This document shows, one piece after another, positions 13,501 through 25,500 of a stretch of DNA of 64,000 nt. The stretch is from contig OZ037771.1 of the NCBI GenBank assembly GCA_964035545.1, positions 5,799,190 to 5,863,189 of the forward strand, in the 5' to 3' direction. Each line of letters begins with the position of its first letter. The first letter of the stretch is position 1. The notes under the pieces are model-generated. The model searched no databases and was not told where the DNA came from. It saw only the letters and a program-made list of their open reading frames with translations. The DNA comes from Bugula neritina (lineage: Eukaryota; Animalia; Bryozoa). Made by a program: the position numbers and the translations under genes.

Positions 13501-15866
13501 TCTTACTTTGTGTGGCTTCTTGTCGCAGTTCTACAAGGTCAGACCAGTCTTCTATTCTAACTAATTTATACTCTGTGCTCAGTATAGAATGCTTTAAAAC
13601 TTTGACCTTATGTAGCTAAGTGTTGTTGCATGTGTAACCATAGCAGCAAGTCACATTCATACCCTTTGCTTTTTTAGAATTCAGGTCTAATTTTATGTGA
13701 AAGTCAAAAAACACCAAAATAAGCACGAGTCTTATGTGCAGCCTGTTGCACGAAACACTCAAATGACCTGCAGTATGGATGTTGAAGTGACGTCAAGTCT
13801 TTTACTCTGTTTCCTTTACTCAATAAGCTCTTCTGCGTATATAATATATTTTTTTATTAGTCTGTCTCAGCACAGAATAAAACCATTTAGAATATTTTAA
13901 TAGGTGAAGATTGGTAGCTATAAAACATAAAGACTAGTTCAGTAGTTTAGAATGCACCTTTACATATTAAAGGTTGTATGTGGTGTTTGAAGTTTCTACT
14001 GATGCTGATAAATTGAGTTCTGTCTAACATTATTATAAGTTTATCTGCATTAATTTATAGAGAAGGTGCTTACAATGAGCGTGTGCAAAAGTTGTTTGGC
14101 CCTAATGCTGATGGACTGGGAGCCACACCGCTTAGTAAGTTCTCTCTTCCATATAGTAGTGTAAGTAGATGGTAAGTTCCTTTTTCTAGTAGTGTAAGTA
14201 GATAGTAAGTTCCCTTTTCTAGTAGTGTAAGTAGATAGTAAGTTCCCTTTTCTAGTAGTGTAAGTAGATAGTAAGTTTCCTTTTCTAGTAGTGTGAGTAG
14301 ATAGTAAGTTCCCTTTTTTAGTAGTGTAAGTAGGTAGTAAGTTTTCTTTCTACTGAATAGAGTAAGTAAGTATAGTAAGTTTCCTTTTCTATAGAGTAGT
14401 GTAAGTCTATAGAAAGTTATCTTCTCTATAGAATAAGACAATGTTTATTATAACTCAATGTCTATGAAGTATGAACATGAAAGTGCCGTCACTCTCAACA
14501 CATAGGCTAAACTAAACCAAGAGGTATTGTCTGAAATCATGGCAGGATTATGTTTTCCATTTTCAGCTTCTGTGCCCTTTTGCTTCATGGAAAAAAATTT
14601 TTTTTCCTCATCAAAATTCTACATTTGGGTTGTTGCAGGCGGCAACAGTTGGTCAATTTTATTGTTCGAGTAATAATGTTGATACAGTAATGAGAAACAA
14701 GTGCCAGTAGGCTAAATCTGTCCAACATTTACTCTAACTTGCAGCCGATGATATGAGAGCAGAGCTGGAAGCCTTAGCGCAGCAGTCACACTTCAGTTTA
14801 GGAGGGGAGTCTTTAGGGGCCTCCTCAGTCGGGTCCAGGGGCAGCAGAAGAAGTCGTTCTAGTGCAGGCAGCAGTGCTTCAGCTGCCAGAAAGAGACATA
14901 GGAGACGAGTGGTCAGTAGTTATTAAAATACAATAACTTGGTATCACATTAAGAGTTCATTTACAATATGCTACCTTCATATCTGTATTTTATCGTGTTA
15001 TGTATTCAGGGCTGGTTCGGTTGCTGCAAGTCTTTTCAAATTGCTTTTTTCATTTTCACGCACCCTTTTCCTTTTGAATTTCTTTTATGTAATGATTTTT
15101 TTCCGTCAAGTGGGAATTGTGATAGTCTATGTATGTTGTCTGTTGAGTCACTTAAATAAAGTTGTGTTCACCTGTGTGGATTTACTGAGTTGGAGTTGTG
15201 TTTACCTGTGTGGATTTACTGAGTTGGAGTTGTCCTCACCTGTGTATGCTTTCAGAAAGACAAGATGTTGATGAATTCTGCTCTTGCAGCCTCAATGAAC
15301 CCATTCAGCGGGACGGCAGAGGCAGAGTAGGTTTCTGTACAGTTCCTAAGGCTACATTATTTCAACGTTTTCACTGGCTTTATGTAGCATTTTAATGAGG
15401 CATTCTTGCTCTACTATACACAAATTTTTTATACCTTTTTTACTATTTGCTGGTATAAAATGTTTATTAATTTTTTAGTAGTTTTTACTAGCTCTTTAAA
15501 CCCTTTATCTCATTGCATATAGTTTAACTTAAATTATAATTTTTTAAATGTTAACAGCATTGTGTACTACTTTACAGCATTATGTACAAACAGAAATTGA
15601 TGACTCCAAATGGTAAATTCTACAGCCCGCTGTACGGCAATGTTGACCCGTACAAGTCAAACAGGTAAATGCATACAGCTGAGTTTGGGCCAACTATGCA
15701 AAGACATTTACTTTAGACTCACCATCAATACTTTTAATCATCAGTTGCTGGAAATGTTTTGCATGTTCCTAATATAATTTAGTCTCACATTTACTTATTG
15801 CTATCATATGTACATATTTTAGTATCCAACTTCTAACATAAATGTTTTAGGAGAAGCAAGTCCTAG
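1522..15866 (+). CDS. Orphan type-I membrane receptor, paralogue 1: signal peptide, Cys-rich repeats, LRR/LRRCT/LRRNT/LRR/LRRCT, EGF-like x3, Cys modules, TM, Tyr-motif tail (about 1190 aa, 26 exons)
   Basis: Phase-consistent GT-AG exons: 1522-1706, 1962-2117, 2889-3028, 3966-4097, 4500-4693, 4829-4929, 5246-5400, 6053-6238, 6813-7004, 7265-7366, 7913-8040, 8554-8722, 9214-9341, 9831-9919, 10110-10233, 10429-10555, 10796-10969, 11154-11336, 11896-12075, 12550-12683, 13368-13537, 14061-14134, 14745-14911, 15256-15326, 15578-15664, 15851-15866. Motifs: MSTLGLCLLSVSWVCVVA (signal); LGKLWLNDNKISSISKEAFAGLPSLIHLRLHNNELT (LRR); LSGNNLECSC (LRRCT); CRCLDKYIGPSC and CNCLDGWTGAQC (EGF); YFLIGAASLLFLVFLLCVA (TM). 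AATAAA at about 16023 and 16074. Confidence 0.85.
2459..2833. mobile_element. PIF/Harbinger-type (Tourist-like) MITE
   Basis: Imperfect TIRs of about 40 bp (GGGCCTGGCTACACACTCGT… / …ACAAGTGTGCGGCCAGGCCT) flanked by a TTA direct repeat on both sides. Confidence 0.8.
3139..3817. mobile_element. TIR MITE (family shared with 54024-54369), interrupted by a solo LTR
   Basis: Ends AGCCTAAGGCCACACTG… / …CAGTGTGGCTCTAGGCT; interior aligns closely with the intact copy at 54 kb. Confidence 0.85.
3163..3469. mobile_element. Solo LTR (307 bp) of an LTR retrotransposon
   Basis: Begins TGT, ends ACA, flanked by a 4-bp GTAT duplication (3159-3162 and 3470-3473); absent from the homologous MITE at 54 kb. 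Confidence 0.75.
4988..5146. mobile_element. Short (about 160 bp) MITE family; further copies at about 6362-6520, 8898-9055 and a degenerate one near 20480-20585
   Basis: TIR GCAGTAGTGGAGAAATTGAG / CT(T/C)AATTT(C/T)T(T/C)CA(T/C)TACTGC and a shared core tttggggcg…gttgaaatt…cttttgctaca. Confidence 0.7.
5430..5510 (-). mobile_element. tRNA-derived SINE head; second copy at about 30465-30540 (+)
   Basis: Pol III A-box (TGGTGTGTAATGG) and B-box (GGTTCGAATCCC) followed by AGTGGGGGCAA in both copies. Confidence 0.7.
11448..11595. mobile_element. Small hairpin MITE-like element
   Basis: Inverted arms GCAACACAAAGTTTGGGG / CTCCAAACTTTGTGCTGC. Confidence 0.5.
12348..12512. repeat. Minisatellite with about 18-bp unit (GATATGATATGATAAGGT)
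   Basis: Direct tandem copies within an intron; the source of the repetitive HIISPY ORFs. Confidence 0.9.
14133..14430. repeat. 33-bp minisatellite starting at a splice donor
   Basis: Unit AGTAGTGTAAGTAGATAGTAAGTTCCCTTTTCT, about 8 copies with decaying ends. Confidence 0.9.
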
Positions 15867-16543
15867 TCATCATGGTATAGATGCTCTGAATCATTTAAAC
15901 TTCCTTCTTACTCCTCTATTTCTAAGCCTCTTCTCTTTTCACATTCCTTTGTATTTTATTCTTACTATATATTGTTCAAACATCAACATGGTCATCATGT
16001 GGTATTTTTTGTTTTGTTGTAAAATAAATCATTTCAGCTTCATAACTGTTAAGTAATATTTGGTCTAAAATGAAATAAATATTATTTCTTTATTTCTAGT
16101 AGTTGTATTATTTGTAGCAGCCTAAAATTATTTTCTTTTTCAATTAATTTGTGAAAAAATCAGAGGAGTGTTTGAAGCAAGCTTTACATGGATTAAGATA
16201 TGCTGATCAGCTCAACTTTGAAGTAAAAGTAAAATACTTACGTAACTTAATGTTAGAGATAATTAATTTTCTTTTAAACGAATTGATTGACTGCAAAAAT
16301 CTCTGTCAAATAATCCTGGTGTTTTTAAAAGTTTAGCCACCTATTGGCACTATAATACAAAGCAGTAAAGAAAATTTAGAAACAAGCTTTCTAGCACTTA
16401 GAATTTATTGCCAACAATATTCACATTGTGTGGTGAGCCAAGTTTATAAATGCTTATAATTGTTGCACGTAAATACTGCAGTTTAGTAATAAATTTGCAG
16501 TCTGGACAGAGAAGATTGTGCCCTTATAGCCGTATAAAACACA

Positions 16544-19500
16544 ATGCATCAGTTGCACGATTACACAGTACTCTTTCTTGGTAGCATTATTTTGCTCATG
16601 AATGAAGTACTTTTATTTGACCATTCGTATATTATATCAGAATGTATAAAAAGCAACAGCACTGGAGTAGAAATAGACTGGAACTGTCATGTGACCGACT
16701 CAAAGATTGTCTGCGGTACGAGTTACTCACCCCACTTTACCAAATGTTACATGTTAGTAAGTCAGCATTACTAAATCTTAGCAGCTGTCTGCTCACAATT
16801 GATGCTTTATAGAAACAGATTAAAAATGTTATAGAGTGTATCATCGGCATATTAGACCATCATTACATTTCCATTGCTTTGCACTATATACATGAATTTG
16901 TTGTTGCGCTTTGAATGAACTGATGGTTTTGATTTCATTTCATTCAACTGTTTCCAAACACAGAATGAAAAATCCATACGCATAATAGTTAATACGAAAC
17001 TTGGAAACATAGTGTATTAGTTATAGTATGTGTCTATAGCCTACAACGAAATATTTTCACATTTTTGTGTGTGAAGGGTTCACATCAAAGCTGACTCATT
17101 ATAACTACACAATCTAGTTCGAATTTAGGTAACATAAATTTTATTGTACAAAAAAATCTCCTGCAACACTTTATCTGCATTGAAGAGTAAAAAAATATAG
17201 CACTTATTTAAAATGTAGCAAAAAATGAAGTAGGGAAATATCTTTTGGAAGCTGTCTACCTACAGCCAATAAGTGCTCATCTACCCTCACATATGTATTA
17301 TGTGATTTGATCTGGGGGATTTTTCAACTGCTTTATAAAAAATATTAGGTGCATATATGTGCTTCTACTTATTGCAAGATGTGATTGAAAGTTCTAAGCA
17401 AGACTGGTTAAAAAACAATGACACTTCCATTTGGGGAATTTTGATGGGGTATTTCATGCGTAAGCTGAGTTTAATAGCTTTTTACACATGTTTGAACTTT
17501 AGCTTTTTTAAAAAAACTGCGGTATAGAACACCCTAGCAACGCTTATAAATACATTTTACTTTTTTTTTCGCTCAAACATCTTTCCATTCTTTTTAAACA
17601 AGGTATAGTTTTATGTAGATCTGAGACTAGCAATGGAGACTTTACTCTTCACTTTGTCTGGTCTCTGAGTGAGAAAACTCACACTGGTATACATAACTTG
17701 GATATTCTACATAAGGATATCTTTCAGAACTCTACTCCACCTCTGCCTCATAACACGTCATATGGTACTGAGTAAGTATAACATATCATATGGTACTGAG
17801 TAAGTATAACATATCATATGGTACTGAGTAAGTATAACATATCATATGGTTCTGAATAAGTATAGTATATTGTAAGTATGATGTAATATATGATACTGTA
17901 AAAATAGAATGTACATATGTGATGTAACATTTGACTTTTAAAGGCATCATTCATTATTAAAGCTTGTTGTTTTACATAAATATTATTCAGTATTTCTTTC
18001 AATAAAATAAAATATTTTGAAGTAATAAATGATTTTGACAACGCTAGAAAAAATATTTACCATATCACTTCTGTATTTTTAGACCAATCACATGCACTCC
18101 TCGCTTACATTATGGATGCACATGCCCGAACGAACTCTTATGTCATCATTGCTTTCCGGGCAAAGAATGTGGCGATTGTTGGCCGGGTCTAGCTAACGTA
18201 CCACACTGTGACAGTTATGGCGTATTCCAACATCGCATGCTTCCCAGTAGACCTCCTATAATTATGACACCGTCTGTTAGCGAGACAACTCTATCTTTCT
18301 GTGAATACTGCTTACTCTGTATTAGGAGTTGTCTTCACTCTCCCTGTGGCTACTGTGACAATGCTGAATGTCCTGTTAACTTTATAGAGTCTTGCAAAGA
18401 TAACAGCAGCAGTTATTCTACATTGCATTCTAATGAGACTGTGAGACTATGTGTTGTACCATTCAGTAAGCCTGTTTTGCCTCCACTGACTGCTCTATGC
18501 TCTCACTTAGCCATCTGTGAATACTGCTCTTATTGTTACGGTTGCGCTCATGATTGCGGAGACTGCGATACTAGCATTTGTGAAAATTCGAATTACTGTG
18601 GCACCGATTTTAGCAGAAACTACCAGCATGCAGTTACGGTTACTAACTATACACTCTGTGCCTATTGTGAATTTTGCAATACATGCGAGGGCTTCACCTG
18701 TGGTGATTGTAACTTAGAGTTTTGTGCCCCTGTTGGTACTGTCTGCACTTGCGAACTTAGCAGATGTATGAAACCACCTTGCCATACCTGTCACAGTACC
18801 ACATGCTATGCATGTCAGGTGGATATTAACAGCCCACAGTGTCTTGGGGATTGTCAATGGGACATTAAAAGCATAGCCAAAAGCTATAAAGTTGGCTATC
18901 ATGTGGAGATAACTGGACTAGCTGCATCAGTATGTATAGCTTCATGTTAAACCTTTTCTCGATATCGCAGTATAAAAAAAATTATCTTAATAATGATCGA
19001 GGCATGGTTTGTTAGTTTGTTATTTTACTTATATAACATTTCAAATGCAGTTAGCCGTTGATCAATTGCCTAATTCATATGTTATGTTCACAAAGATCTC
19101 TGAATGTGACCTCAACATGATATAATAATATTATGATAATTATTGTAAATGTGCAAAAGAGTGTTTATTTAATGAGTTTTCTCACATTTATATAAATAAA
19201 TATATAATCACAACCAACCAAAGATATAACACATATAAGATCTAGACCATTACATGAGTGAAAAAGTATAAGTTATAGTTTAAGCTTTAACAGAGCCCGC
19301 CAGTAGCTTTAAGCTCTCTATTTGGTATATATTGCTTTGTTATTTTTAGCAACTGAAGATATTTCATTTTTCCTGGTTGTTATATATTGTAAAGTGTAGA
19401 TAATGATATATAATGTAGGTTATATGAGTACTTGCTCGTATTATATAGTATGATTTAAATAATAATATAATATGATATAGTATGATACAGCAGATATAAG

Positions 19501-22500
19501 ATTGCTTATCTAATACCATTCTGCAACATGGCATGTTGGTTTTGATGATACATCAAGTTTTTCTTTTCAAGTCACTAGAAGCTGGACTGTTTGATGTCTT
19601 CGCTGAATATTTAGAGACTATCTATTTGGAGTTGCCCTCACTCACTAAGACATTGGCTCCCTTTGAAACAAGGTTTGATGTTAGTGAATTTTGTAAGCTT
19701 CTGTATCATAATCATACATATCTAGATTAAAGCCACACGAGATTGAACTTTACTGACTGATTCTTAAATTTCCATATTGAGTATTTAAGCAAAACTGAAA
19801 AGTGAATGTTTTTTAGCTGTAACTAAACAGTCACATTGATTTTGCTGCCATTTACAGGCCAGTGTATCATATGCTTTCCTCATTTACCCTCAACAACTCG
19901 TACGGCGGATGTTCACAGCTTGAAAGTTTTCAACTGTTTAGAAACATCAGGTTGACTTCCTCTTACATAGACATCTCAATACTCTGTTCACCAGACGAGG
20001 AACCATCATCTTTTCTGGCTGCATCATTGCTAGAAGGTAGGTATACATGTATTACAGAATAAATCTTCACTAGAAGTTAATTATTCTATGTCATAGCTCT
20101 CAACTAATGGTATTCATACCATAATAACTCATTACTAGAAGTTACTTATACTGCATACTAATAACTCTTTTCTGGAAGGTCATTGTATTATATAATAACT
20201 CTCAACTAATGGTAGTCATACATTAATAACTCATTACTAGAAAGTATTTATATTACAGAATAATTATCTATAATTAAAAGGCAGTTATACATTTATACTA
20301 TTGTAAAGCATTAAGTAAAAGTAAAGTCACATTTTATTTGAAATGATGATATTATGAAAAAATATTTAGATTAATATGATTAAATATTTTAAAATTTATT
20401 GTCGTTTCAAAGTTTTATGCCGTTCCATGACTATTTGTGTGTAAGGATAAAGAAATCTCAGTAGGCTAAATTCTGTACAATTGTTTTTATGAAGTTTAGT
20501 GGGAGGCGCAAACATACTTCCCTTTGTCAAAATTCTCATCAAAAACACAAACTGTTCTCAATCTTTTCATTACTGCATCTACTTCTCCTCAACTGCCATA
20601 GCTTATGTGCAAAGGTTTCCAACTGTCTATTTTAGATATAAATGTGTTGAAACAAACTAGACAGCTGAAATTTGTTGACGTATTTTCATTCTTTTCCTTG
20701 GATTTGTGTGCTATGCACAGTTTCTATTCTAATGGAATAGCTGGCCGTGAACTTTGGGTAAGCATTTAACAAGCCTACATTTTTCTGTTTTTAACCAGCA
20801 AGAGGTCAGTTACCAGAATATGACCTTGAACTATTGTGAGGTTCTCTCAACACTGATTCACAGCAATTATATAAGACAATTTTACAGCTATAACTTATAT
20901 TTCCCTACTGAACAGTAAAACAATTGCAAAATTATTAATATATAGATATGTCAAAGATAAATTTATATAAATTCACATCACACTTGAAATTTACTGAAAA
21001 ATTCGCCAGATTTTTCCATATAATATATGTACGTATGTATAGAGGTTGTACGCTACATGCTATATACTAAATGCTATATATGTCATATATGCTGAATGCT
21101 ATATATACATATATATGTTATATGTGATATATGCTAAATACTGTATTTATGCTATACATGTGGTATATATGCTATATAATATAATGATGCAGTGTTATAC
21201 TTTATATACAGTTAAGTTCCAGCACTCTAGTGAAATGTTTACCCTGTGACTCCACATATATCAAAATGTTCAGTAAGTTTTACAAATAACTCTAATAGTA
21301 TGCCTACATTAGGATGTTTCGGTGAAAAGCAAAGCTAATAAAACAAGTTATCACAAAATTAACCCCTTCAACTGGGACATTGAGAGTTTTTTCGCTAGCA
21401 AAATGTTTGTGTATTAAGAAAGAATCAAGTAACACTTCCCAAAACTTTTAATAAATTACATTTAAAACAGTGATATTTGCTTTTTTACCCACAAGTACAT
21501 TTTTTCTGAACTACTCAAGTAGTTTTTAAAAAGTTATGCTCATCTAAATTATTCTGACGGTGCTTAAAGTTGCTTTTTAAGAGCAGTTGCAACTAAAGCA
21601 GCTGTGTTTTACAGAACCACCCCAATGTAATGAGTAAAATTATGTATTACGTAAAAGTTAGCTAGAAGCTTGTTTGTAACATATTTTATGTTAAACTAAT
21701 AAAATCTACTAGAAATGATAATTACATAACTTTTATTTGTATTTGATCTAGCACTATCATGACTATCTTCTAGTTAAGTTGTAAGTGATAGCGGTTGATC
21801 TACAGTGACATGCTTTATCTCCCGTAGTATTGCCTGCGATCAGCAAAATATTTGGTTTGTATTACCATTTATGTTTTGATGAAGAGCGCTTATTTTAGTT
21901 AATATTTCTGACCTCAATGTTGCAATAAATATATTCAGTTGAAAATGATGGAGAAAGTAGCATCGGGTTCTATCAACACCCCTCTCGTAAAATTCTACAA
22001 TGTGACGATGGAACACAACTAACTAAGGTGAATCTGCCTTGTGAGTCTATGGCAGAGGTCACTGTAACATCATGGACAGACAGGTGCCTTGAGTCAGGTA
22101 TGCTCCATTATGTTATATACACCGTATACTCTATACATTATACAACTGTTTGTTCCTATTGCTTTAATGTATTCTTTTTGAAATTTAAAGCTTCCGCAAA
22201 ACTATCATTTTTGCAGTAATTAATTAGTTAAAATTTGTCTCTTTTGCTACTAAAGTGTACACTGTTGTTATAGAAAGGAGTTGCTTTGAGAAATGCAACT
22301 GCCACGTCCCTCACTTTGAATGTTCTTCTGGACCTCTGGTGACAGACAAGGACACTTTCTTCGCTGTAATAGTTGACAGTGAGTATAGCCAATAGCAGAC
22401 ACTTATGGGAAGAAATAGAAGAGATTATAGAATAAAGCAGACAAAAGGCTCAATAAGCTTATATTGTTTTAATTTAGTCTCATGGTAATAGCAAGACTAG

Positions 22501-25500
22501 AATAGCTACAAGATAGCAATGAATGAGATAAAGTAAGACCAATAAACAGTTTATTGAGATTTCGTTTTTTGTTGACTAATCCTCTGTAATAAATTGTATA
22601 GTAAATGTGCTACAGTTGAGTATGTACATGTGCTATGAGTAGATGTGTATGTATAGGATATACATTCACAGTACTATGTATGTGTATATTGTAGAGGATA
22701 TACATCCGCAGTACTATATGTATGTGTGTAGACTGTAGAGTCTACATTTATATACTTTACTTACATGTACATGTATATACTCTACACTGTAGAGTGTTAT
22801 GATATGTATTATTTTTATTGTTTGTAGATGAAAACTTCTGGCATTTGGAGACGCTACAGAAAGGCTACCTGCGTAATCTTACTACCAACAAACATTACGC
22901 ACTGTTTGGTAGAAAACTGTTGAATATAGTCATCACTTCTTTAGAATCTCTAAAGGTATTGAAACAAGTTTGCTGTCTCTATCTTTTCAGAAGAGAATAT
23001 TTTAATAATGTTGCCAGGGTATAATAGTGAGAGCGTATATAATAGTGAGAGAGTATAATAGTTAGAGAGTATATAATAGTGAAAGAGTATAAAGGTATTA
23101 ACTTTGCGGTCTTTCCTCGAATTTGCCTTAATTTTGTGTTTGCAGCTTGCTCTCTGGCCTCATTGAAAATCTTTAACAATGTACTGTTTTTAAGAGTATA
23201 GAGAAAGATGCATTCAAGGGTTATGAAGCTATAAGTCAGGAGATGAAGATATACAATAATATTCACCTCAAAACACTCCCTCCATCTCTGCTCAAAGACT
23301 TTTACAAGGCCATCAAGATTGACATCACATTTAATGGGATTGAAGACATGACATTCTTGCAAGGTGAGAATGCAGTCAAACCTCCAGGTTACAGCTGCTT
23401 AGTTAGCCAAAATAACATTAAGTTTCTAAAATACTATTATATTTACTAATAGTTAGATTGGGAATCCCTTAGGGAGACTCATTTACCTATTATTAGTTAT
23501 TTCAGGTTCGATAAATCATGAAGCATATTAATTTTTAAAAAGCATCAGTTTTTATATAAATTAATTTCCACAACACTTCTCAACATTTTTCAAAAGTTGG
23601 CTTTTTATTGCTTGCGAAAGTTGGCAAATTTTTATTCTACAATTGACTTTTAACTTTTTCCTCATGACTGTTCAGTCCTTTTGTTGGATGCTTTTGGTAG
23701 TAAAGTGTTATAGATGCTGTAATGGCTAAACACCCACTGATGGTATGTCATGTTATTTGTAATAGCAGAAGTCTTAAGTTTGTCTACAGGATATTAGCAT
23801 AATGTCAACTATTGTTTCTTAAGGTTATTCAATATATTACACATTCTAAAATATACTATATTGCAATTTGTACATCATATTTTGTTGTAGTAATATACTG
23901 TAGTATAACTACATAATGCAAATTTTTCTGTAGGACTGAGGAGTAGTGTTTTATCATTTCTCTATTTGAATGACAACCAGATAACTTCTGTAGACAGGCT
24001 GGCTCTGATTGGTCTCTTTAACTTAGAGGTGCTGAGGCTACACAATAATAAAATATTTAATGTAAGTATTTCAGCTGACAAGTGCCTGGTGTAGCTACTC
24101 AGTGTTCCAGTGGCTATTATAGCGGCAATGCATCGCACACATGCTATAGTTTATTATCATGTTTATTAATATGAAAACTGCAAACATGTTGCAATCTTAA
24201 AATAAAATGCTGAAACAATAGAGAGTAGAACATCAAAAAATAAATACCCATTGTTTTACGATGGCTCCTTATAATAATTGTTGTATTCTCAACTACCTAA
24301 TGTTCCCATTTTTAAATAAGAACAGCAATAATTTATAGTAATTTGTAATAAATAGCGATTATTTGCTATGCATTTCTATGCAATGGGGTTGTGAATTGGG
24401 AATACATAGTTGTCAGATCTTGTGGAATGCTTTAGATTGACTTTTGTGAACTTAACACGTTTCTATGGACACCAGTTGAGCAAAACCTGTTTGCAGATAG
24501 CCAAGGTCAATCAAGGACATTTCAGTGAGTAGGTTACTTCCACAATATTATTATACTGTTTGTTAGACTCTTTGTATACCACCTTGTCATTCCAATTTCT
24601 TTAGAGGTTGTGGTTGAGTCAGTGAAATGAATGGTTAGTTTAAAATTGCTTAAATTTTATGTTTTTATGCAAAGTAGTAGATTTTATTGCCATTATTACT
24701 GTTTCAAGTTTTCAGATTGAAGTATTCTTCAAAACACAACTCAAATTTTTATCTAACAAATTAGGAAACCACTTGCTGATGATTTTTAGTTAACATTTAT
24801 TTATTCCTGATTACCTATCAGCTTAATTTTGGCCTGTGTTCTTAAGGCACTGATAACTGGAAAGGGTTGCAGATTAACATGTTGATATTTTGTCTGGAGT
24901 TGTCTTCTCAAAACAGTGGTAATATACCAACCCCTTCTAAGTATAAAATATGTTATAACTTTAGTACTGGTAACTACCATTAAAGATGCTAGCAGTCTAA
25001 CCCCCTAGACACACTTTGCCGTACCGTAGGCTGTAACGTAAAATGTCAGCCATTTTAATGTGTTCATGCTGAAGTTCCCAAAGTGCGCTATTGTGTATGA
25101 TTCATGACACCTCATTGGACATCTATATTCAATGAATTCACGTGGACGTCTTCTTGTCCAATAGGAACCCGCCGCAACATTTTTCAATCAAGCAGTGCTT
25201 GATCCTAACGTACAGCATCACCGTATAGGAAGCTAGGACATTTGTAAAAATGGCTGACATTTTACGTTACGCCCTAGGGTGTGGCAAAGTGTGTCTAGAG
25301 GGGCACAACAGTCAATTGCATAAACTAGCATACTATCATAGAGCAAATGTTGTGTAATGACTAAATTTGATACCTCATGTTAATTTAGTGAAAAAATGAT
25401 GACGTTGAGTGGAAACCCGCTCAGCTGTGGCTGTAGTATGGCATTCTTTAGGAGGTTTACTGATCCTTTGCCAGAAGACTACTTGAATGAGCCACCATTA

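Noticed and set aside
13697-13900. ORF as a candidate cytoplasmic exon of paralogue 1
   Set aside because: No acceptor compatible with the phase-2 donor at 13537 without a stop; exon 14061 fits the phase and is homologous to paralogue 2.
14070-14441. CRISPR-like or repeat-protein appearance (LLTLLEKGTYY)
   Set aside because: Contiguous 33-bp tandem units with no unique spacers, in a eukaryotic intron with no cas genes.
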